A DNA stretch of 64,000 nt from contig NC_043002.1 of NCBI RefSeq assembly GCF_006345805.1, positions 46,748,001-46,812,000 on the forward strand, given 5' to 3'. A program made the translations under genes and the position numbers. Shown here in pieces: positions 37,500-50,650 of the stretch (position 1 is its first letter; each line of letters begins with the position of its first letter). Origin of the DNA: Octopus sinensis (taxonomy: Eukaryota). The notes under the pieces were generated by a model, which had not been told where the DNA came from, searched no databases, and was given only the letters and a program-made list of their open reading frames with translations.

Positions 37500-38500
37500 G
37501 AAGTACATTAATATAATAAACACATATACCACTACCAACCTCACCAACCTTCCCACCAGATTACGTATTCTAACTGCAAGACTTTAACATAACTGAAGAA
37601 GACATCAATGTACTCCACAAAACTTGGTTTTCAAATAATACAAGTAATACATGAGGTGACAATAGTGTTCATACAAAACTCTTCTTAAATCCTAAACAAC
37701 CTAAACTGACACAAGCACATATAATCTCACTAAGCTAACTACAACAACTCTCTAGGTGTCACCTTCTGCTCCACAAACCTTGCTATCTAACAATTCCCTA
37801 ACTCATTTCTGACTTCCTACTCATTATCAATCACAGCTACATATCAATATAAAAAGTAAAACTACTCTTACAAAGTTAAAATAAAGCCCAAAGTTTATGC
37901 TATACAACTTGCCCTTATTTTTTTTTAATCATGCGCACAACCACATATACAGATAACATCACATTCATGTCCTCCAATATTCTCCAGCCACAACTATACA
38001 ACTACTTCAACCCTCCAGCTATAACCTTGAAACATAAATTCAAACTTAAAGTAATACCAACTAAATGCATTCCCCCTCTCTCTCTCTAGCAGCAATACCA
38101 AAGTACATCAAATGTAACAAGCCCTCATACCCAACAACATAAACATACAACACATACACAGGACAATAATACAAGGAGTTACATAGAATACTTCCAGAAG
38201 ATTCACAACATGCACAGAAGAGATAGTAAAGAAAGCAAAATTATGCACAAACATACTTAGAACACTCACAGGCACAACATTAATAGAAACAAACAGCAAT
38301 GCAGATATTTAAACAATCGATTAAATTCATTACAAATTAGGCTAACCCTACATCGGCTGCCAATCTCTACATCATAAACTACAAAATATACCACCAATAC
38401 ATTACACATTATAAAAAGTTGTACAGAGATCACACTCAAAATGAACCCCAAAATACTAAAAATGAAGTACCACCTAGATATGTGAACGGCACAATTTGTT
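37500..38500 (+). mobile_element. Decayed LINE RT fragment (I/R1/Jockey group)
   Basis: A/C-skewed strand. Remnant EIVKKAKLCTNILRTLTGTT resembles ..KAK...NILK.LAGTTWG. Confidence 0.45.
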
Positions 38501-40379
38501 ACCCATACAGATCCTTGCCACTACATAAAAAATTAACTCAAAGCAACCAGTCACATATACAGCATGGCAAAGCATTAGAAGAACAGTAATGAGCCAATGA
38601 CGGAGTCTTTACAAAGTGGTTTGACCAGGAAGAAATATAGACATATCTCCTTTAAATCACAGCCCACTACCTTAAAAAAGAAAGGCACCCAGTATAAAGT
38701 GGTCTTCAGAAAAAATGGGATGGTCACAGCCAGAAAGTTTTTGATAACAGGTCTCCTGGATTAGAATTGACCTGCAATTACAAAGCAGCTAGAACAGTAT
38801 CATAAAATCCTTATCTTTACCACTTAGCTCAGTCAAACATAAAAATAGCATATATATATATATATATATATATAAATGCTTGCAGTATCACTAACTGTAA
38901 TCATTGCTGCACTACATGCCACCAACAATAAGTGCAAAGAAACAACAGCTGTCATGCTCTGACCAAGCCTACAATGCCTGCCTTAACTGTCACTAATGTC
39001 TGAATCTGGAGGCATACAAAACCAGGCTGGACAATGGAGTAGTTACATGCCTTGACTGTCACAGGGCAGCTTATATAATTCCTTACTGTATGGTCTTTAG
39101 CTAGATAGGAGGGCATAATATAAGTAGAAGGACAGCTTTGGGATTGTCCTGTCATTTGGTTGATTACCTGCATACCATAGAGCTGCTGGATCAGAGCTGA
39201 CGTGGAGCTACATAACAACAATGTTCTTAAAAGTATCTTTTATAGCTACTTAGAGACATATAGTTGTTATATTGATCAACTGGAGCAACTACTTATATCT
39301 CTCAGATTATCAAATGTTCTGGTGACAATAGGAAACCAAGACATAAGTTACTCCAAAACTAACTTCATCTACTGAGCAATGCTAGAAATACTTTTACAAC
39401 AGTTCAGAAAACTCATTTTAGTTATTATTATATTACAAAGTTTTAAAAAATCAGCTTTGAAAGAAAATTAAGAAGACATAACAATAATCAGATTGTACAT
39501 TTCAATTACCATTTAATGACACAAAATGAGATATAAAAGAAACAAGCATACAAAGGCAAACAAGTGAAAATGATTAAAAAACAAATTGTAAGAAATAGCT
39601 CTCAGGCAAAACATTTCAAGACTATCAGAAAAGCAAATATGGAAAAATGTTAAAGATTATTAGATTTGGTTTTAAATGGGGAAAGACAACATATCTATTT
39701 TATTTTCATGTTTTACTTACCCATCCATCATTGACTTTTAAATAGTTTATACATTTAAAAAAATTCTTATATAACAAAATATCCAGTGTTGCCCAGGCTG
39801 GAAAGTAACTGATAGTGGCCCAGGATTGTTCTTAATGATGGTATATTCAGTCGAATAGAAAACCATTGCATTTCTCTAGGAAAGTTATCTTTCAAACAAG
39901 AAATGAATCTGTTTTCCATTGTGTTTGTAACAGTCCAGTGTCTGATATATTTTATAGTTCAGTTATGTATTTGACATACATCTAAATCAAACATATTAGA
40001 TAAGAACACAGAATTAACTAAATTTGAAAACAATTTTATTTCATTTGAAATTATTATTAAACATAATATATTATCTTTTATTCTTAATGTTAAATTCTTA
40101 AAATCATTTGAAAAATGAGCAAAAACCTAGAGTGTTGGGAGCTAAAGCATCCATGGAACAACAGGTACACTCAGAGCAGACCCACACATCTAAATTGTGG
40201 GACTGCAATACATGCAATGATAAAGAAATGGCATCAATAACTGTGATGAGTCTCAGCTTATATGATAAATGTGTACCCTTCATAGCCCTGGCACTTCTCA
40301 ACATTGTCATGTCAACACCTCACAATATGATATTTTTGATTTTACCAACAGAAGCATAAATAAAAAGATTATGGGGCTT

Positions 40380-41450
40380 CCAGTTATTGAACATTACACA
40401 TAAAGTTGGCAGTATTCCTCAAAAGTATCCTAAATAAAACAATGCAGTATTCTTCAAGAAGCAGTTTAGCATCAGAGATTTATTGATTAACATAGCAGTT
40501 TAGATGTTCTAGAAGCTGAAATCTTCTAAACTGAAAGGCAGATCTGTTGGTATAAATGAAATTTCTGGGAATAATCGCACCCTCTCCTTTGATGCACTCA
40601 ATGAGAAAAGATTTGCCAATGGCATGTAGCATTAACCATTTTCTTAACCACTAGTCTTGTGCACTGCATAGAGCTGATATAAATTAGGCAGTAGTGTCAC
40701 TGGAGATTCTCTTTTGAGCTGAAATGAGTGTGACTGCAAAAACCTAAAGGTCCCAATGAATTGAAAAATTTCACAGGATAATAGCTATGGCTGTTTCCTA
40801 GATGTACCTGCAACAGCTCCCAGTTAATGCTGTTAATTCAAGCAGTTTTTGTTTTTTGCACAACCACTCATAGGTTAGCTAATGAATGATGTTGCAAGTT
40901 GAGGAATACCTTCGATGTCAATTGATCAATTGCCTGAATCAATACAATTATGGGCGCTAAATTTATGGCGTGAGTACTATACAAAAGTAAATCTCCTCTC
41001 TCCAACTTGTAATAAATTTTTGGCATTAAAAAGACGAGTCTCATATTTGTAGATAGTTTGATGATTTTAACTTTGATCCAAAGTGATGTCAATTTAAAGG
41101 TAAACTTAGATTTCATTGCTTTTGTTGGAATTACTGGCAGAGTTTGATGAAAGTTATCTGACAATGTTACTGCCACTCCACCCAGTTGAAATCTATTGCT
41201 GAACACATCATCTAGAACTCTTTTGTGAGTCATTGTGTATTTATCTCAGACAATCATTTGGTATCATTTAAGAACTTATTCAGTTCCTGAATTCTTGGCA
41301 ATGTTACAAAGAAGGTTATCATTTGCATCCAAATCCATAATGATTTTGGAATCAGAAATGTACTGTATGGTCTAGAAGAAGGAGTATATTAGCAATACTT
41401 GAAGAAACATGTGCAATAGCTATGCTTTTATATCAACAAACATTGGCAAG
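40380..41450 (-). mobile_element. Decayed LINE ORF2, endonuclease and linker
   Basis: ORF 40868-41233 contains GGVAV..SLWIKVK (APE GGVA/LW motifs), with INWE downstream. Confidence 0.45.
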
Positions 41451-41593
41451 TAAGAAATAAAGAAGAAAACAAAAGATGTCTAAAATGATCATGTTCATCC
41501 ACTGGTGACCAAAGAAGACAATGATTTAAACCATATGGTATCTCAACAGGGGAGCAGGGAATCACTACTCCAGCCAATATGGAAGCCTGTGCA

Positions 41594-42030
41594 CCTGAAG
41601 CTATGGAAGTAGTAGCATTTCATTGTAGCAAACATATACCTCCATTGCATACATGAAAGGATGGCTAGTTGTGGTTTGAAAAAGTTTCAATCATCAATAA
41701 AGACTATGATTGACTACCCAGCACTTCATCAGGAGATGCAATGACATGATGTAAGGGCAGAAGATTATAGCTGTCCCCACCTGTACTACACCTTCCATGA
41801 ACCTGAAGCTATGCAACTGGCAGTAATACATAGTTTCAAATTTGCAATACTACTACTGTCTCAATGAAAGATCCTCTGTCTATGGCTCCAAGAAGCTTTG
41901 GCCATCAGTAATAAATGAAAACTCTGACTGTGTAGCACTTCAACAAGGGACACAGTAATGTTGGGGAAAGAAAACTGCTACTGTTCCTGCCTATGCTTTA
42001 CCTTCCATATGCCTAAACTATGTAAGAAGT
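41594..42030. repeat. Diverged tandem repeat, period 208-210 bp, about 2.1 units
   Basis: CCTGAAGCTATG at 41594 and 41802, CCTAAACTATG at 42012, with colinear internal similarity. Confidence 0.65.
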
Positions 42031-42729
42031 GATATTTTTTTTACAGATGTAAACCACAACAAGACTATCTGATTCTTAGTTGGAGTTCTGTCAATTATGA
42101 TTCATGTAATCTTATGCATTAGACACAGATGCTAGACCAGTGCAAGGATGTTTAAAGTGAGAAAGAGCTGTGTGCACACCAGACGCACACTCTTGTTTTC
42201 TCACAATATACTCAGTAGCAAGATAAATTTAAGACAATTAAACTTGTATGAGGATACAGGAAATTGTTAAAGTGACAATGAATCTCCAGAGTTTGCAGTA
42301 CCTTCTAATATGGTGTGTGTCATGACCATAATGCCATAAAACATCATTCTAGATGTTTTCTCTTCAACATGAATTCTAGCCCAGTATCATGGTATGTTGT
42401 CACCTGCAGGATGTCCAAAATCCACCTCTTCATCAAGCAAATTTTGTGAGGTTGGCCCAACCAAGTGCAGGTTGTATTGGGTTACACTACCAATACTGGG
42501 TGCCCTTAAGCAACCTGACAATACACACACACACACACACACACACAGTGGTTTTAGTCATTAGACTGCAGCCATGCTGGAACACCACCTTGAAGGGTCC
42601 AGTTACTCAAAGCAACACTGATTATCAAGCAGTGAGAAACAACCACAAACATTGACATGTACACACACACACACATGACAGGCTTCTTACAGTTTCTACC
42701 TACCACATTCAATGGTAGTCATAAGAAAA

Positions 42730-42960
42730 ACCAGTTTGAATGGGTGAAGGAAGCAAGAGCATGATGGCAGAGAGAAGTGATTGAGGTACAAGAGTTGTAT
42801 ATCATTGACATAATACTTCTGACACTTCCTTCATGAAATGCAACATCTTTAAATCAGTTTTCATCACTTCTTCCAAGTCTTTCTTGGTCTCCCTTATTCC
42901 ACAGGATTCATTCACTCTGAGCATGCAGCACATCTTTATAAAGCTGCTTTCCTCCATTTG
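42730..42960 (-). mobile_element. RTE LINE 3' fragment
   Basis: C.MLRV.ESCG....K..EEVMKTDLKML resembles the RTE C-terminus. Confidence 0.5.
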
Positions 42961-43197
42961 ATTTCTTTCATTTCATTTGTACTCTATTATTCATGCTCAC
43001 TAATATTTTATACTCAGTGGAATATGCTTGTTCATTTCTTTCTAGTATTCAAAGATCCTTTGCATTCAAGGCCAATGTTCTCTACCTTGTAGCATCACTT
43101 CACTTCACACACAATATTCCTTTCACACTGAGGGAGAAGTCCTTTGTTGACAACAGTGGCAAGAGCTCTCTGAATTTGAATGTGTATATACATATAT

Positions 43198-43250
<53 letters not shown>

Positions 43251-43612
43251 TAGATAGATAGATAGATGCACACACACTCACACACACACACATATATATA
43301 CAGTAGTATCTGGCAATATCTGCATATTAAGACAGAACAGATATACATAATTCATATGTTATGTCAAAACAACACCACTAAAGTGAAGATTTTATACACA
43401 CACACACACTATATATATATATATATATATGTGATAGTGAGGGATTATCAATCTGGGCAAAATACTTCATAAGCTCACTGTTGGCACACCAAGCTAACAA
43501 TATAAGATTAGTGAAGAACTCTCCTGGTACACTTTTAGTAGGGTCCGAGGGTATGATTTATCACAATTCTATATTATAAATCTATGGATGGGCTCCAATA
43601 TATGTGTGTGTG

Positions 43613-43647
<35 letters not shown>

Positions 43648-44629
43648 AAACTCACACACATTGGACGATACCTTTATGTTAGGTAAAAGGAAACTAAAAT
43701 ACTAATCTACCTCAGATTATTGCTGTCAGTATTTCTTAGCAAACATCTATATAGTCTCTTAATAGTTCACTATTTAAATAATTACAAATATTCTTTCTCA
43801 AACTGGTATGAATCCAGGCAAAGTTGTTTTTGAGCCACAATGAAAACATTTAAAACAGATTAATTTAAGACGAGTTTCTGGAGGTGGAATCCACATGGCA
43901 CTTGGACTTGAATTAAAGCCACCATGAACTTTCTTAGAAAATCATTCTAAAAGTTAGTTGCAATATGTGTCATAGTATGTATTTGTTCTTATTTCAATAG
44001 ATGTATGTAAATGGATGAATAACAGGCCACTGAAATTCCTCTGGGATTGTAGATATTAATATTTATTTAACATATGTAAATATGATGTTTAATGTTGATG
44101 TGAATATATACATCTATGAACTTTTAAAACACTATTTCTATCAGGGAGAAGGGTAGAAAAATCTGCATTCACTTAATACAAAAGAGCACTGAAGCAAATT
44201 ATAACTTCTATGTATCTTGATTGCTCAAATAAACTGTCATCTTCCCTATCACTCTCTTTTCACTATCTATCTATATTGACTATTTGATATCTATTCATCA
44301 CTCTCTATTTCTCTGTATGGTGCTACGCTCAGTCTATCTATCTATCTATCTATCTATCTACATATATATGTATACATAAATATGCATGCATGCACACTCA
44401 CACACACATACACACCCTAATTAGCCTGTTGTTGCTGGGCAATTTTCACAATAGAATGTCTTTATTTCAATTTTTTTATTCCATGTCAGACCATGTCTTT
44501 TCCAACAGCCTCTTGAGCAGAATGGATTTCTGCATTATTTTGGGGAATTTATGTCTCAGTAAACAAAGTTTTTGTTTTCCCATTCGGTGCATAGGTGTAA
44601 AGATTTTTCTTAACTTGCTGCTGGTGTTT

Positions 44630-44979
44630 GTTAGTTTGTTTGTTGAGCGAACGGTCTTCGAGAAGTCTGAAGCGTGGTCCTTTGCTATTCGTAAGACCTG
44701 CAGAAGAGAAAGCAGGTCAGCTCCCAACACCAAGAGCATCGAAGGATGGATGAATGCGCATCCAGGCTCAGTGGTTGAGTAGGAAGTTGGGGACAAGAAA
44801 CAGGAAGAAAGAGGTAGAGAAAGTTGGAACGAAAGAGTACAACTGGGGTTGCCACCACCCCCTGCCGGAGCCTCGTGGAGCTTTAGGTGTTTTTGCTCAA
44901 TAAACACACACAACGCCCAGTCTGGGAATCGAAACCGCGATGCTCCGACCGTGAGTCTGCTGCCCTAACCACTGGGCCA
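44630..44979 (-). mobile_element. tRNA-derived SINE family C, copy 2
   Basis: Colinear with copy 1, with a ~35-bp deletion and many CpG transitions. 15-bp TSD TTGCTGCTGGTGTTT. Confidence 0.9.
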
Positions 44980-45661
44980 TTGCTGCTGGTGTTTTGTGAG
45001 GGTCTTTTGATTCTGTCACCCTAATAAAATTCCTTATACACATGTACACACACACAGTGTGAGTGATATACATGTAGAGAGAGAAAGAATGAGAGAGAAT
45101 ATGGTAAATATATACAGAGAGGGGGAAGTTTACTGTGAAAAAAAGGGTAAAAGACAGAGCAATATATATATAGAGAAATTTCTTCTGTTGCTGTCACAGA
45201 TTTTGAAATTTGAAAATTAAGTGAAAAATTTCAAATTTGGTTAATTGGTGTGATTCCTTTATTCTGGAAAAATTTGAGTAAAATGTTGCAGAGGTTTAAA
45301 GTTTGATAATTTTTACCCAATCAGAAAACAGGATTTGGAAAGCTAGCAATTTCTGAATGATAGCTGTCTATCACAAAATGAAAGCAAAAACATTGATGAT
45401 GAAGTATTAAACAAAACAAAAGGAAAACATTTCATTCAAGTTGTGAGAAGTCTTAATAAGTTTTAATGAATAAAGTCATGTAAATAATGTACATAGAGAT
45501 AGACAGACACTCTCAATATTTCATTACATGAAGTATCTAGAGGGAGAAGAGGAGCAGCATGCATGAAAAGTATGCATATATATATATATATATATATATA
45601 TAACGGGAAGCTTTATGAAAATAAACAAAAGACGAAGGCAGGTGGAAAACAAACGAACAAT

Positions 45662-45708
<47 letters not shown>

Positions 45709-46091
45709 TGCTAAATAGTGTGGTAAATACATAGAGAGGAAAGGCATAGAAGACAGAAAAACCCTGACACACAGATAGAGAGGTAGATTTGGTGATCTAA
45801 AATTGAATTATTTCTTGGAGCAAATCATATATATTTTTTATCATTAATTACCAAAAACTTTCCCGTTGAAAATCAAATCTGTTGCACTCTTTTGGAGCCT
45901 TTCCATGATATACACAAATACATACACACATATACTCTCATTTATATAGCGTGTGTGTAAAGTTAGTCAGAGGAAAAGTTAACTTAGTAAAGTTATGGTT
46001 GCATACAAGGAAATACTGGTTTTTACACCTAGTAATTTTGGGAAATGAAGTTTCTTTAAATCAATAGGTATGTATTCTTAATATATGAACT

Positions 46092-46123
<32 letters not shown>

Positions 46124-47359
46124 AATTTAAAATAATAAGGGTGAAAAATTGAATATTAATTTGATTAATATCAATTTAAAACCAGTGGTCTAGCATATAG
46201 AAAAATCTGAAGATTCAGAAAAATTGTATTACATACACACACACACACATATATATAGGGAGAATTCACACAAAAAAAACAAAAGATGAAGACAGGTGGT
46301 GTAGACAACAAACAGATGTATTAGTATAACGCTCAGGAAGTGAAAAAGTCTTTAACGTTTTGAGCCTACGCTCTTCCACCGAAAGGAACACAGAAAGAAA
46401 CAAGGAGAGAGAATAATAAAGAATGTGTAGTGGCTAGCGATCTATCATGGCAAAGGCCGGACAGAAGGATCACACCTTTTAAAGGGGAATAGAGAGAGAG
46501 AGAGGGAGAGAGACACATAAATAGAAGGAGTGATGGAAAAATTAAAGACACAAATTAAAAACAAAAGAGAATACACAGCATTTGAAGCCTTACAAAAAAA
46601 AAATGGTTGCCTTCACTACTTTCACTCTCTTTACTTTTCCTTCATGTGTGACTCTCATTTTCTACCCCTTGCCATTCCCCTATTGAAAGAATGATAAAGA
46701 GAGAAGGAGAGTGGTAGAGAGAGAGAGAGAGAGACAGAGAAACAGACAGAACTACTTCTTTTCTAATTTTTGTCTTTTTACAGGTTTCTTGATCGGTAAA
46801 TAGTGTCATACAGATCTAGCAATAAAAATAGGTATGGTTTTGTTGTTGTTCACTTTGTAGTTTCTGAATATAAGGTGGGCGTACAAGTAAACAGATCATA
46901 TATATATATATATATAGACGTGCACAAAAAATAAATTAATTTGAAGCTTGGTGAAGAGAAAGAGTTGTTGTTAATATTTCGAGCATAGCTCTTTGTTGGA
47001 AACAGGAAAGTCCAAAGGGAAGAAGGAAAAATAAGGAAGAATCGCCAACAGTCCACATACACGCACACACACAGACATGGTGTTCCCCAAAAATGTGTAT
47101 GCACTTTAATGGCCGATAACTCAATTCTTATTTCTTTTTAGTTTTAACCCATAAAAAATAATCCTTTCTTCTATAGGCACAAGGCTTGAAATTTTAGGGG
47201 AGTAGTTAAGTCAATTACAGTGACTCCAGTACTTAATTTATCAACCCCGAAAGGATAAAAGGCAAAGTCAACCATAGCTGAATTTGAACTCAGAATGTAG
47301 TGATGGGCAAAATACCACTAAGCATTTTGTCCTGAATGCTAATGATTCTGCCAGCTCAA

Positions 47360-48736
47360 AGGGAGCCAGACTAAACTTTGATCAAAGGAAATTTATCTTA
47401 AAGTACCGTAAATCCTCAAGTATAGTCTGCCCTTCGGTATAATACACAGGGGATTTTTAGGGGGCTGTACCTATGAAAAACCTAAACCTTGTGTATAATA
47501 CGCATCCCTTCTCTAACTTGAGTCAAGGAGGTCTATATAACGTCCTTGGTTTGTAAAAATGTATACGGTAACATACTTTATTATTATTGTATATATAACA
47601 TAATGCAAACGTGTAGCATTTTTGTGCATTTTCTTTGCAGAAAATAAAAAAAATAACAGTAATAACATTTTATAAATGTTGCTTACTGCAAGTTATGGAT
47701 GATTCTTTTATGACTTCATTGCTTTCAGGCTTAGCTTAAGGTATTTTCGCGCCTGACGTCACAAAATGCGTCTGAATAAACATTGCTGGACAGCAAATAG
47801 AGAACTGAACATTGCTTATAAAATAATTTTCATTTTTAATCTCATGAACTAGGAGTTTTGACCTTTAAATTTTGGGAAAAAAATGTGGATTATACTCAAG
47901 GATTTATGGTATCTACTAAATTTGAAAATGTAGTCAAATTGCAAAGACAGTTTTAGAGGGAGTTTTAATGAAGATGATCTGGACTGAAGAGAGGAGTTTT
48001 GTGAATGGTACTTGGTAAGACATGTAGAAGATTCACACTTTCCAACAGAAATCCCTTCATGTTATCATCATCCAGTTACATTTAAATTAAATGGCTCAAT
48101 TAACTCCAATAATTGCACCCACTAGGGACCCGAAAACCTGCATATTACAAAGAAACATCATGTTACAGTACAGTAAAGCTTATTACCAAAAGGGTTAAAT
48201 TGGACCATTCACTTTTGGTGGTACTGTAACTGGTACCCTTCACTTGAACTTGCTACAACGATCCATTATGTGAAGCATTCAAGAGGACTTGAAAATGTGG
48301 AGTTTTATTTCTGGCAAGACATAATGTGTGGGCCTATCTTGTTGAGATTTTGCCAAACAGGTGGATTTGATGAAGAGGTTCAATAGCAAACTCTGCACAA
48401 TCACTATATCTCACAGCACAGTACTTTTTCTATGGAGATACTTAAAAGATAAAGTTTACAGTGCAAAACCAGCAAGAGTTGATGAACTGAGGGCAGCCAT
48501 TGAATAATAATGAACACAAATACCAAATGAAACATTTCTTGATATTTGCAGTTCCATTGCTTTGTATTATCAGCATTGTCTGAACCAGAACAGTCATCAG
48601 TTTGAAAACAGGTGTTCATAAAAAAAAAAATAAAATTCCACCTGTATATTCTGTTAAATTTTGAAAATGAAATGTATTTTAATGAATGGTAACTATATAA
48701 TCATTCAATGGGAGTACACATTTTTGGGAACACCCA

Positions 48737-48738
<2 letters not shown>
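47360..48738 (+). mobile_element. Decayed Tc1/mariner element (DD37D/DD41D type) split by a MITE
   Basis: RLNFDQRKFILK N-terminus, EDDLD..EFCEW, FFLW.YLKDKVYSAKP..DELRAAI, terminus TTTTGGGAACACCC. Confidence 0.7.
47406..47909. mobile_element. Tc2/pogo-type MITE (504 bp)
   Basis: TA|CCGTAAATCCTCAAGTATAGTC..GATTATACTCAAGGATTTATGG|TA. Confidence 0.85.
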
Positions 48739-48796
<58 letters not shown>

Positions 48797-49629
48797 GTGT
48801 ATATTTATATATAAACTGACTGTTGACATTTCAGAGAAGCCTCTCTAACTGGTAACACTTCAATTCTATTCCAAGCATGCTAAATGATACCAGATACTTG
48901 AAAAATAATCACTGCCGAGTCAGGGGTATAGATCAATGCAGCTAATGGTCACTATTATAAATTCAGATAAAGGAATTGTGCTTTCCTCAGAAACCATACA
49001 ATGTATTGTAACAAAACTATTGTAAAGACTATAATGTGGTTTACGTTGTCCTCTGAACATGATTTCAAATTCAATAGAACGTACGCTCTGACAATGACTT
49101 CTTCAATGAGAAAACTTCTAGCATTGGAAAATATTTCACTGTAGCATATCATGAGAAACTGAAGCAATCTTAGAATGATTTCTTAATAAGGGTATGATGA
49201 GTGTTCTAAATTAGCAATCATATTAGGAGATATACTTACTAGAAGAATTGCGTGACCCAACAAGACAATTTTAACATTGTATAAAACATTTGAAATATAT
49301 TTTACTGAAAATAGAATCATTTCTGGCTAGAAGCAAACTTTCAATAAATATTCAGAAAGAAAATAAGATAAAACATCTCTATGGAAGTAAAGTTGCAAAG
49401 AAAGTTGAATCATGCTTATTTGAAGAAATGGTCATAAGAATCATAAAGCCTGTAAAGGGAGGAAGTACTTTCATGAAGGGTATGGGTGTTACCTTATCGT
49501 AATCAGGATCATCATCCTCACCTCCAGACTGAGATAGCAAAATGAAGGGGAAAGAAATAAAATGTTAGTTCAATGAAATGTCATGTGAATGGGAAGAAAG
49601 TGCAATAATAATAATAATGATAATAATCC

Positions 49630-50225
49630 TTTCTATGATAGGTGCAAGGCCTGAAATTTTGAGGGAAGGGTTAAGTTGATTACACTGACCCCAGTACTCC
49701 ACTGGTACTTAATTTTATTGACCCTGAAAGGATGAAAGGCAAAGTCGACCTTGGTAGAATTTGAACTCAGAATATAAAGTTGGATGAAATGCTGCTAAGC
49801 ACTTTGTCCAGCATGCAAATAATTCTACCATCTCCCTACCTTAATAATAATAATAATAATAAAAATAATAATAATTATAATAATTCTTTCTACAACAGGT
49901 ACAAAATCTGAAATTTTGTGGGAGGAGGCTAGTCGATTACATCGATCTCAGTGCTCTACTGGTACTTATTTTATCAACCCCAAAAGGTTGAAAGGCAAAG
50001 TTGACCTTATTGCGATTTGAACGTAGAATGTAAAGCCAGAAATGCTGCTAAGTATTTTGTCAGATATTATTAAAGCTCACAGCCATAATAATAATAATCC
50101 TTTAAACTCCAGTTCTCAGCTGATACTTAGTTTATTGACCCAGAAAGGATGAAAAGCATTGTTGACCTTGGCAGAATTCAAACTCAAAAGGCAAAAATGA
50201 CCAAAAATGCCACTAAGCATTTTTT
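49630..50225 (-). mobile_element. Three tandem SINE family B copies separated by (AAT)n
   Basis: Repeated TTTATTGACCC.GAAAGGATGAAAGGCAAAGTCGACCTTGG block near 49715, 49975 and 50135. Confidence 0.8.
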
Positions 50226-50650
50226 CAATTCAATTTTTATTGGCTTAAAAAGGAAAAGCAAGGCCATGTAGGGGGACAGAGAGTTATGTACAGGGAGGGT
50301 GGTCATACAAAGAGTTCAGGCCATTTCTGGTCAAGAAAGACTTGGAACCGAGTGGTCGTCGGCATCTTATTCCACAGATCCGCAACCCGGATGGAGAAAG
50401 TCCCTCTCCTTCGATTGAGATGAAATCGTCGCTTTTCGGAGTGACCCCGCAGCCCATGCTCTGGAGCAGGAGTGAAGAACAGCTCTTTCGAGAGGTTACA
50501 CTTTCCAGTTATGATGTTGTGAGCGACAGTGAGATCACCACGGCGTCGTTGAGAGAATAATGGTTGAGCATCTTCAGCCTTTCTTCATAAGACAAATGCT
50601 TGAGACCAAGAACCATGCGGGTAGCCAGCTTCTGGACTCTTTCGAGATGA
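50221..50650 (-). mobile_element. CR1 LINE 3' fragment, relatively young
   Basis: LERVQKLATRMVLGLKHLSYEERLKML...RGDL...LRGHS...FSIRVADLWNKMP. CpGs retained. Confidence 0.85.

Noticed and set aside
43655-43700. GGACGA..GAAAC hammerhead-like string
   Set aside because: No CUGA core and no consistent stems I and III.
49085-49158. AG/GT-bounded 74-nt segment in the long intron
   Set aside because: Phase is incompatible with exons 4 and 5 and there is no TH1 similarity.
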